From: a virus
Virus record (IMG/VR): IMGVR_UViG_3300044912_000678
Span: 1 to 64,000 of that record
DNA length: 64,000 nucleotides
Direction: 5' to 3' (one strand)
Both the position numbers and the translations under genes were made by a program. The notes beneath the pieces are model-generated. The model was not told where the DNA came from. It saw only the letters and a list, made by a program, of their open reading frames with translations, and did no database searches. Shown here piece after piece: positions 56,664-64,000 of the stretch. Position 1 is the stretch's first letter. Every line of letters begins with the position of its first letter.

Positions 56664-57200
56664 TTACCTATCATTTGATTGATAATTTTTATATGTTCCT
56701 TTAATCTGTCTCTGGCTCTGTTCCATGCTCACGCTTAAGTGATCTTGATATTTTTTTTTAAGTTCATTGTAATTTCTTGCTGTTCTATACAATTGTCTGA
56801 AGTGATTGATAATGCAAGTTGTCATATAGTTGAATGCTTTTCCTTTACTTGGATCAAATCTATCAACTTTTTCAAAGCATATGAGAACACCTTCTTGAAC
56901 TGCATCATCTGGATCAATAAGGTTAAATTTTCTATATCTAACAATATTTTCCGACAATAAATAAAAAGCAGTGGTCAATTTATCTTTTAATTTGTTGTAT
57001 TCTGCAAAATAAAATTGGAATTCTCTTTCATAAGAATCCCAAGATTCTGGTCTTACAAAATTATCTCTTTTAGATGTTCTTTCTTCTGTAGCTTTTATTT
57101 CTTCTATAAGTGTTTCGAATTTTACTTTATTTCTTTTAATTTTTATAAATTCAGAAATAATGACTTCAAAATTTTTGTTATTTAGATATTCATTAGCCAT
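56664..57200 (-). CDS. gp55: Late-transcription sigma factor, gp55-like (region 2 only)
   Basis: Y.NNK.F and DD.VQEG...C...VDRFDP.K.KAFNY.T..I.N.F. Confidence 0.8.
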   Translation of the reverse strand: MANEYLNNKNFEVIISEFIKIKRNKVKFETLIEEIKATEERTSKRDNFVRPESWDSYEREFQFYFAEYNKLKDKLTTAFYLLSENIVRYRKFNLIDPDDAVQEGVLICFEKVDRFDPSKGKAFNYMTTCIINHFRQLYRTARNYNELKKKYQDHLSVSMEQSQRQIKGTYKNYQSNDR

Positions 57201-58098
57201 TAAGTTCCTTAGATTTTAAATGAATGTTCATGTTATTTTCTTTCTTCCATTCTTCAATTCGTTCAAGAGCTTCTTTTTTGGCATCTTCATACCATTTGTC
57301 GCATATCTTATAGTAGGAACGACTATACAATTTTCCTGATGTAAAACTTCTAAAGTGATCAATATTATCATCTAATGTTCTTTTGAAATTTTCTTCTTTG
57401 CCAATTAAGTGTGGTTCAATTTTGTGTGATCTTAAAATATAATTACCCAACAACTCCGTATCTGGCCAACAAGGTCGTCTTGGATCTGGTATTGGATCTT
57501 TGATATTAAATATGTTGCAAAGTCTGCGTAAACTCCATCCAAAGCCGATTATATCCATTGTTGGAATGTGGTACATGGTAGCGGTATGAGAAACCATTCC
57601 CTTCCAATCTTCGTGCGCTCTAGGCGATATTTCATATCCAACAACTGGAGAATTTGTTTTGCACAAATCGATCATCTCATTTAAAAGTGTTTTTTTTCTT
57701 AAAAAAACATCAGAATGAGTGGCAAATAAATATTCAGTTCGACAGCATGAAAATGCTAAATCCATGGCAATAGCTGGAAAGTCACTTGGATGGAGAACGC
57801 CATTAAATTTCAAACTGTGAACCTCAACATCATCATTCCTTAAGCCACATATCTTTTTGTATTCTTCTTCATTGCTACCAGTATCTACAATTACAACAAA
57901 TGGCTTTGATGATTGTTCTTTCAACAGTTGAATACATATGTTAAGTTGTTCGAATGTATCCATGACTGGAATAACCGCTGTAACTTTGTGATGCCAAGGT
58001 TTTTTTTCGATACTTCCTTCCCATGGTTTCTTTAGCGTAAGGACATTACGAGTAGGAGCGAATTTGTTGAAAATATCTGATATAATGTTAGGAATCAT
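57193..58098 (-). CDS. GT-A/GT2-like glycosyltransferase
   Basis: TAVIPV, IVDTGS and FATHSDVF motifs. Confidence 0.7.
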   Translation of the reverse strand: MIPNIISDIFNKFAPTRNVLTLKKPWEGSIEKKPWHHKVTAVIPVMDTFEQLNICIQLLKEQSSKPFVVIVDTGSNEEEYKKICGLRNDDVEVHSLKFNGVLHPSDFPAIAMDLAFSCCRTEYLFATHSDVFLRKKTLLNEMIDLCKTNSPVVGYEISPRAHEDWKGMVSHTATMYHIPTMDIIGFGWSLRRLCNIFNIKDPIPDPRRPCWPDTELLGNYILRSHKIEPHLIGKEENFKRTLDDNIDHFRSFTSGKLYSRSYYKICDKWYEDAKKEALERIEEWKKENNMNIHLKSKELNG

Positions 58099-58246
58099 TG
58101 AAAATCCTCATTCGCCAAAGTATTACAAAGAATTATGTCTGTATTATAATCATATTGGAAGGTACAACGAAGCCGAAGCCATTATACATTTAATTGAAAC
58201 GAAATTTAATGAAAAATTTCACATTCGTAATAACATGCAGAAATAA
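58064..58246 (+). CDS. Small TPR-like protein
   Basis: NP....YY.EL...Y...GRY.EA; coupled to the next gene. Confidence 0.4.
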   Translation: MLKISDIMLGIIENPHSPKYYKELCLYYNHIGRYNEAEAIIHLIETKFNEKFHIRNNMQK

Positions 58247-59165
58247 TGAATCTACACTTGCCGAGTGTATTGATTCATGTAAGAAATTAGATTCCGAAAT
58301 ACTTATTGCTGACATAAACAGTTCGGATAAATCTTCTGATATCATCGAAAAGATTGGATGCAAGACTATATTCTTTGGATTTCACAACGATTACGCAAAA
58401 ATAAAAAACAAAATTATAAATCAATGCGAAACAGAATGGATGATGTTTTTAAATGCCAATGAAATTATATTAAAAGGTTTAGATAAAATACAAGAATATA
58501 TTGAAGGTAAAGATTGCAGAAGAATAAGTGTCATACAAGAACAGGTTATTACAAAACCAATTCGTTTGATAAATAAATCAAATAATTGTATTTTTTCAAA
58601 TCCAGTATTCGAACACATATCTCATTCTTCTAAACATAGTGATATATTCGTGAAATCTCAAACAATTGATCGTTATGAAGAGAACATGGAGATCATAAAA
58701 AATTGGATGAGAGAAAAGCCACTAGTGGCACAAACTCACTATTACTTGAGTTGTATTTATCTTGGAAAAAATAAATGGAATGATTTCATTAGAACTGCCA
58801 ATCATTATTTGTTTTTAGAAAAGAACAAACCTATGTCATATTTTATGACAAAATATTATCTTGCAATGATTTATGCATATGTTGAAAAGAATTACAAATT
58901 AGCATCACAAATCTTGTTTGAAATTATTATAGAAAAGCCTCTGATGGCTGAATATTGGTGTTTGCTAGGAGACATATATTATTCCTTAGATAAATTTGAA
59001 AAAGCATTTCATTTTTATGAAAATGCAATGCTTTTAGGTTCACGAAGACTTAAGGATGATGAATTTCCATTCCATATTGAAAAATATAAAAAGCATCCAG
59101 AAGAAATGATGTTAAATTGTAAAAATGTTATAAATTCCTCTAAATTGTATAAGTCTAATAAATAA
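58209..59165 (+). CDS. GT2 + TPR protein with degenerate DxD
   Basis: RNNE..L..C..S, D..SSD.S, FLNANE (canonical LDADE) and VFE; C-terminal TPRs. Confidence 0.75.
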   Translation: MKNFTFVITCRNNESTLAECIDSCKKLDSEILIADINSSDKSSDIIEKIGCKTIFFGFHNDYAKIKNKIINQCETEWMMFLNANEIILKGLDKIQEYIEGKDCRRISVIQEQVITKPIRLINKSNNCIFSNPVFEHISHSSKHSDIFVKSQTIDRYEENMEIIKNWMREKPLVAQTHYYLSCIYLGKNKWNDFIRTANHYLFLEKNKPMSYFMTKYYLAMIYAYVEKNYKLASQILFEIIIEKPLMAEYWCLLGDIYYSLDKFEKAFHFYENAMLLGSRRLKDDEFPFHIEKYKKHPEEMMLNCKNVINSSKLYKSNK

Positions 59166-59541
59166 CATCTAAATCATTCACAATAACAGTAACTTGGTCT
59201 TCGTATCTTGATATCGCAATTTGTTTTCTTCCAACTCCAAGTTTTCTCAAATGACCTTCAAGATCATCTACAGAACAATTTATAACTGAAAATTTATTCT
59301 GTGCGAGTCTTTTTACTTCTTCTTGAATATTACTAATTTCACGATTTGGAAAATACTGTTTTATTTGATCGGAACAATCAGATAAAATTTTTCGATACAA
59401 TGGCATGTTGCATGCACATCCGGGGTTTTTTAAAAATTTATGTACTTCTTCCATCATGTCTGGTGGTAAAGTATCTCTAAATCTTGAATCCTTAAGTGCT
59501 TGCTTAATATCCAGAAGAGTTATCGTCTTGTTTTGGCTCAT
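59155..59541 (-). CDS. Hypothetical protein
   Basis: 128 aa; NPGCACN motif. Confidence 0.6.
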   Translation of the reverse strand: MSQNKTITLLDIKQALKDSRFRDTLPPDMMEEVHKFLKNPGCACNMPLYRKILSDCSDQIKQYFPNREISNIQEEVKRLAQNKFSVINCSVDDLEGHLRKLGVGRKQIAISRYEDQVTVIVNDLDVIY

Positions 59542-59767
59542 TGTACCTCATTATAAATGTAATGTGACCACATTTTGGACATTTGATTTTTGATTTTCCT
59601 TTTTTTTGCTTAGGTGTTTCTATTTTCTTTGTAAAAGGATTCAATATTGGTATTCCAGATTGTATATCAACACTTTTTTGGAGAGAAAGATCTTTCACAT
59701 CTTCATCTCCAAATATTTTTTTATAGTGACATGTCTGACAATAGATTTGATACTTATATATTTTCAT
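59504..59767 (-). CDS. Zinc-ribbon protein
   Basis: CQTC...CPKCG. Confidence 0.65.
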   Translation of the reverse strand: MKIYKYQIYCQTCHYKKIFGDEDVKDLSLQKSVDIQSGIPILNPFTKKIETPKQKKGKSKIKCPKCGHITFIMRYNEPKQDDNSSGY

Positions 59768-60107
59768 TTTTTTGTTCTGGTAAATTAATTATGGTTGCTG
59801 ATTCGATATAATTCAAAATCATTGCAGCCAAATTTGAAAGAAATCCGCCAGCACAACCACAGGCGAATGTTGTCAAGATGCTAAGAGTTATATTGTTTAT
59901 AAAATATCCATAAACAATATATCCCATAAAAAATCCAGCCCATGTTCCAGAACACATGTAGCATTCGACAATTTCGCCAAGTTTTGGCAAATTAATCTTT
60001 TTCGTAAATGACTTCACAAAATCTCTAAATGATTCGAGAATTGATCCATCCACAATAATATGAGCCATTCCAATAGATCCAAAAGCAAACAAAAGAAAAT
60101 TTTCCAT
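59754..60107 (-). CDS. DUF1360-like membrane protein
   Basis: I...FRD...LGE...C.MC.G.W with TM helices. Confidence 0.6.
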   Translation of the reverse strand: MENFLLFAFGSIGMAHIIVDGSILESFRDFVKSFTKKINLPKLGEIVECYMCSGTWAGFFMGYIVYGYFINNITLSILTTFACGCAGGFLSNLAAMILNYIESATIINLPEQKNENI

Positions 60108-60109
60108 TA

Positions 60110-60472
60110 TCATCTCCAAGTGGTTATAAAAACTGTGTTTCCACGCCTTGTCAAACAAAAATCATTAAAGCTATCAAACTTACAAATTTTTTCTTCCAAT
60201 TCATCAATATTAAATGAAAAGCTTTCAGTCAACTTGTCACTCATCTTGTCAATAAAAATAGGTTCTCCAAAAAAAGATGCTAATTTCTCAACAGACTCTT
60301 CTTTAATGTTATTTAAGAAATCTAGTATAGCCCTTTTTCCTAAATCTCTCAACCCCGGAACTCTTATTGATAGCAACCAATTATTATAACATTGACTTAA
60401 TTCTGGTATATGTTGCCATACTTTTGAATTATAAAAAATTATTTCTTCGATATTTTGAAAATTTATTTTCAT
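60110..60472 (-). CDS. Hypothetical protein
   Basis: Start moved to MKINFQ. Confidence 0.55.
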   Translation of the reverse strand: MKINFQNIEEIIFYNSKVWQHIPELSQCYNNWLLSIRVPGLRDLGKRAILDFLNNIKEESVEKLASFFGEPIFIDKMSDKLTESFSFNIDELEEKICKFDSFNDFCLTRRGNTVFITTWR

Positions 60473-60525
60473 ACACACTATTTTAAAGGCAAAGGTGAAT
60501 TTTAGCAACAACATAGGAGTCAATA

Positions 60526-61563
60526 ATGGCAGATAGTAATTTGAACAAAGAAGGAAGCCCAATCAACATTCAAGGGAATGTACCACAAGAATTTTTGCAA
60601 GTTTTAAAAAATCAAGGAAGTCAAGGCAATCAAGATGCTCCACAATCTACCTTGCAAAAACCCAATCAATCTTTTGCAAATTTGCGAGATAGGGATAATG
60701 GCAATACAAATGCTCCTAGTGTGGCTAAAGCACCATCGTCATATCCGCAAAACAATCAAAGTGGAAGACTTAAAGAAATTCTTGAATCCCTCAAGGGATC
60801 ACTTGCACAATATGAAGAATTGCAATTACCATCAAAAGGAAGATTCTATGATGGTACAAATGGACCTGCAGATGGCATTATTCATATTCGTCCAATGACA
60901 GGCGAAGAAGAGCAAATTTTAGCGACTCCTAGATTTGTCCGTAAAGGACAAGCAATCAACATGATCTTTCAAAAATGCATTAAAGAAGATTTTAAGGCAG
61001 AAAATTTACTCACTGTAGATCGAACCTATCTATTACTTTATCTTCGTGGCATCTCTTATTCTCATAGCTACGATGTCGAAGTAAAGTGTCCCGAATGCGG
61101 TGCCAAATTCAGCACAAATGTTGATTTAAGTGCTTTGTTTGTAAATCAATGTCCTCATGATTTTGGACCAATTCTTGAAGATGTTTTGCCAAATTCAAAA
61201 TATCGATTCAAGTATCGCCTTTCAACTGGTCGTGATGAGCAAGAAATCAATGAATATCGTGAACGCAGAATGAAGATGTTTGGCGATAATGCTACTGATG
61301 ATACATTGACTTATAGAACTGCTCAACTATTAGAAGAAATTGATGGAATCACCGATAAGATGGAACTTCAAATTTTATTGAAGAACCTTCCAATCAATGA
61401 TGTTTCTTATATTCGTGGCATCATCAACGAGCCTCCATTTGGTGTAGATACAAATGTAGAAATTAATTGCCCAAGTTGTTCTGCAGAATTTTCAATCGAT
61501 TTGCCTCTTGAAGCAAATTTTTTCTTCCCCCGGAGGAAGAAGGAAAAGAACACCCAAGCATAA
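60526..61563 (+). CDS. gp26: Baseplate hub / tail-assembly chaperone, gp26-like
   Basis: LPSKG..Y, IRPMT..EE.IL, DR.YLL..LR.ISY, CP.C twice and NFF at the C-terminus. Confidence 0.8.
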   Translation: MADSNLNKEGSPINIQGNVPQEFLQVLKNQGSQGNQDAPQSTLQKPNQSFANLRDRDNGNTNAPSVAKAPSSYPQNNQSGRLKEILESLKGSLAQYEELQLPSKGRFYDGTNGPADGIIHIRPMTGEEEQILATPRFVRKGQAINMIFQKCIKEDFKAENLLTVDRTYLLLYLRGISYSHSYDVEVKCPECGAKFSTNVDLSALFVNQCPHDFGPILEDVLPNSKYRFKYRLSTGRDEQEINEYRERRMKMFGDNATDDTLTYRTAQLLEEIDGITDKMELQILLKNLPINDVSYIRGIINEPPFGVDTNVEINCPSCSAEFSIDLPLEANFFFPRRKKEKNTQA

Positions 61564-61751
61564 CCCTTGGAAAAAACCTCCTAGAAGAAATATTTTTCTT
61601 TTCATATCATCTGCACCAAGACATGCAGAAGACATTGTTCATGCCAATCAATATCAGGCAATGGATGGTGCAGAGATTTATAGAGCAAAAAGAAAAAGAA
61701 AATCAAGCAATGGAAGCAGAGCGAAGAAAATCTAGTAGTAAAAGAAGGTAA
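61512..61751 (+). CDS. gp51-like chaperone segment in the -1 frame, lacking its own start
   Basis: Open frame ..LLEEIFFFSYHLHQD..TLFMPINIRQWMVQRFIEQKEKENQ..; its stop lies 2 nt before the next gene. Confidence 0.65.
   Translation, partial: SKFFLPPEEEGKEHPSITLGKNLLEEIFFFSYHLHQDMQKTLFMPINIRQWMVQRFIEQKEKENQAMEAERRKSSSKRR
61515..61524 (+). other. Candidate -1 programmed frameshift site
   Basis: A-AAT-TTT and overlapping T-TTT-TTC (both X-XXY-YYZ) in the gp26-like reading frame. Confidence 0.65.
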
Positions 61752-61753
61752 AT

Positions 61754-62497
61754 ATGCCACTAAAAGAAAGATTGCAAAATCCAACTTGTAACGACACGAT
61801 TAGATTGCGTCTATTCTCTTACAATAGCAACAATCGAGCCAATTTACAAGACATTCAAAAAGTGGACATTTACACACTTGATCCTAACGAAATATCACAA
61901 GCCAATCCTGATGGTCGAAGGTTAGTTGTAACAATAGATGGTGCCGATGTGATTTCTGAATCCGCTGGATCTTATTATGTCGATATATCTGCAGATTCTC
62001 CACTTTACACAATTGGAGATTATGTTGATGTGTGGGCAGTAAGCTTTGAAAGCGACCATTGTTCTTTGGCGGAAATTCAAAATAGATTTAGAATTTATCC
62101 CAACTTGTGGTTCACAAGTCCTGTTCCGCCTGTTTATGATTTTTCATTTGGATTTAGACCCAACAGAATTGTAAAAGGGTCTAAAAGATATTTGGTGATC
62201 CAAATTTCACCAAATGTTCCACGAGGAGCCGATTTACTACCATATTACGAAAATCTCGCCATAGTCTCAGATTTGCGTATTTCAATCGAAAAAAACTGCG
62301 GGGATTGTGTCCCACAGGAAAAAGATCTCCGATTGGTAGTAGATCGGCAACTTGTGGATTATCGTGAAAAAATGTATGGGTATTACTTTATTGACACATC
62401 AGATTACGATTCTGGAATATACAATGTGTGGTTTGAATTACAATATGCAGAAAACACATTCATCTCTGAGAAAAATCAAATCCAAATTTTCGAATGA
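61754..62497 (+). CDS. Hypothetical beta-rich virion protein
   Basis: Two Ig-like-looking halves (G.Y.D.W; G.Y.VWF). Confidence 0.5.
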   Translation: MPLKERLQNPTCNDTIRLRLFSYNSNNRANLQDIQKVDIYTLDPNEISQANPDGRRLVVTIDGADVISESAGSYYVDISADSPLYTIGDYVDVWAVSFESDHCSLAEIQNRFRIYPNLWFTSPVPPVYDFSFGFRPNRIVKGSKRYLVIQISPNVPRGADLLPYYENLAIVSDLRISIEKNCGDCVPQEKDLRLVVDRQLVDYREKMYGYYFIDTSDYDSGIYNVWFELQYAENTFISEKNQIQIFE

Positions 62498-62558
62498 TTG
62501 TATTTAAAAACTAAACAATTCGTGATATCATGCCTTTTTCAATTTTGGAGAAGGCTTT

Positions 62559-63605
62559 ATGAACTTAGATTACAAGTTAGACAATTGGATAAAATACAAT
62601 CAAAATGTTTTGATGATTGGAAAGCATGGTGTTGGGAAAACCGCACTCATAAAAAAAGCATTTGAAAGAAATGGTTTGAAGTGGAGATACTTTAGTGCAG
62701 CCACTATGGACCCTTGGACTGATTTTGTTGGTATTCCAAAAGAAGCAACAAAAGTTATAGGCGATCAATCTGTAAGTTACATAAAGATGATTCGTCCTTT
62801 GGACTTTGTTCTTGGTGAAGTAGAAGCAATTTTCATGGATGAATTCAACAGGTCTCCAAAGAAAGTTAGAAATGCAGTTCTCGAATTGATTCAATTCAAA
62901 AGCATAAATGGAGAAAAATTTCCAAATTTAAGGATGGTTTGGGCTGCGATAAATCCAGAAGATGATCCAGAGTCTTACGATGTTGAAAAACTTGATATGG
63001 CTCAAATGGATCGTTTTGAAGTTCATAGAAAAATTGATTACAAGCCAGATGTTGAGTTCTTTAGAGTTAAGTTTGGAAAGACCATTGCGGACAGTGCAAT
63101 TGCTTGGTGGTCAGAATTGGATGATTCCACCAAAAATTTAGTATCTCCTAGAAGATTAGAATACGCTTTAAACTCATTTTCTAGACAAGGAGATCTAAGA
63201 GATCATTTGCCACAAGAAAGTGGTGTTTCGAAGCTTTTACAGGCTTTAAAAGACGGTCCTACAAGTGATAAATTAGCAAGATTTATGTCAGAAGAAGATT
63301 CTGGTGGTGCTAAAATTTGGCTAAAAAATGAGAACAATTTTTCTTCAGCATCAAAATATATCATAGAAAGCAAAACTCTTTGCGATTGGTTTTTGCCATT
63401 AGTTCCTAAAGAGAAAATCATATCATTAATGACTTCTAATGAAAAATTAGCAAAACATGTTATGTCTAATGTCAATTCTGAAAAAACATATATGGAAATT
63501 TGTAAAGAAATATTAAATGCAAAAACTGACTACAAGATGTCAAATAAAATTAAACGATTTATGACTCAAAATCCCGACATGGCAAAATTTTTATCTGAAG
63601 ATTAA
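62559..63605 (+). CDS. MoxR-like AAA+ ATPase
   Basis: Walker A GKHGVGKT, Walker B FMDEFNR, A.NP, DRF and SPR. Confidence 0.85.
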   Translation: MNLDYKLDNWIKYNQNVLMIGKHGVGKTALIKKAFERNGLKWRYFSAATMDPWTDFVGIPKEATKVIGDQSVSYIKMIRPLDFVLGEVEAIFMDEFNRSPKKVRNAVLELIQFKSINGEKFPNLRMVWAAINPEDDPESYDVEKLDMAQMDRFEVHRKIDYKPDVEFFRVKFGKTIADSAIAWWSELDDSTKNLVSPRRLEYALNSFSRQGDLRDHLPQESGVSKLLQALKDGPTSDKLARFMSEEDSGGAKIWLKNENNFSSASKYIIESKTLCDWFLPLVPKEKIISLMTSNEKLAKHVMSNVNSEKTYMEICKEILNAKTDYKMSNKIKRFMTQNPDMAKFLSED

Positions 63606-63606
63606 T

Positions 63607-64000
63607 ATGCATAAGATAAATCCCGATGAATGGTTGGAAATATCCAACAAATTAGAACAACATCATGCAATCTTTTATAAGTTGTGGGCTGTTGGCAAAC
63701 CAATTTTTAAAGATGAGATTGAAACGGCAGCTATTGAATTTGATCGTAATGGAAATTATATACAATTTTCTTTCAATCCCATCTTCTGGTCTAACCTATC
63801 ATTAGATTCAAAGCTATTCGTAATATGTCACGAAATGTTACATGTAATACTAAATCATGGCAAAAGATCAAAAAATCTCAACATACAAAAAAAAGTAACA
63901 GCAAACATATGTCTTGATATTGTCGTAAATCATAGCTTGATAAATAATTTTGGATTTGAAAAAAATAATATAGAAGTAGGAATTCGTAATGCTATAAATT
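63607..64000 (+). CDS. DUF2201-like HExxH metallopeptidase (probably vWA-linked), 3'-truncated
   Basis: Translates as MHKINPD...TAAI...FNP.FW..L...KLFVICHEMLH....H..R...NICLDIVVN. Confidence 0.75.
   Translation, partial: MHKINPDEWLEISNKLEQHHAIFYKLWAVGKPIFKDEIETAAIEFDRNGNYIQFSFNPIFWSNLSLDSKLFVICHEMLHVILNHGKRSKNLNIQKKVTANICLDIVVNHSLINNFGFEKNNIEVGIRNAIN

Noticed and set aside
61508-61735. 75-aa ORF from the track (MKQIFSSPGG...)
   Set aside because: It has a TTG start without an RBS and an unremarkable product. The -1 frame (61512-61751) is the protein-like one and abuts the next gene.
1-64000. Alternative genetic code (stop-codon reassignment seen in some jumbo phages)
   Set aside because: Conserved genes are full-length under code 11, and TAA, TAG and TGA all end genes at sensible boundaries.
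1-64000. tRNA, rRNA or CRISPR array
   Set aside because: Intergenic gaps are short. I saw no cloverleaf or repeat-spacer pattern by eye, and all tandem repeats lie in coding frames. tRNAscan was not run.

Overview
This window is 64 kb of an AT-rich, densely coding, T4-like (probably jumbo) myophage genome read in the standard bacterial code. It holds the head module (portal C-terminus, large core protein, gp21 protease, gp22 scaffold, gp23 capsid), dispersed neck and tail genes (gp13, gp14 plus a likely paralogue, gp15, gp18, two gp19-like tubes, gp26-like hub/chaperone), a gp55-like late sigma factor and a MoxR AAA + DUF2201 pair. About 45 kb of accessory genes are interleaved: glycosyltransferases and nucleotide-sugar enzymes, several proteases, MscL, McsA, a phiEco32-type COOH-NH2 ligase, a prim-pol and apparently dead enzymes. 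Four patterns are not explained by simple annotation. (1) About 15-17 unrelated genes start with a T4 capsid-targeting-like signal ([F/Y]xx[F/W/Y]..E), suggesting a large packaged and injected protein cargo. (2) A tandem array of four cassettes shares an N-terminal 'MGA(T/S)S..G.G.GS' leader fused to unrelated payloads. (3) A start-less -1 frame ORF is joined to the gp26-like gene by an A-AAT-TTT-TTC slippery site, as in lambda G/GT frameshifting. (4) A dispersed sugar-modification toolkit may glycosylate the virion. All assignments come from motif recognition by eye; no searches were run.
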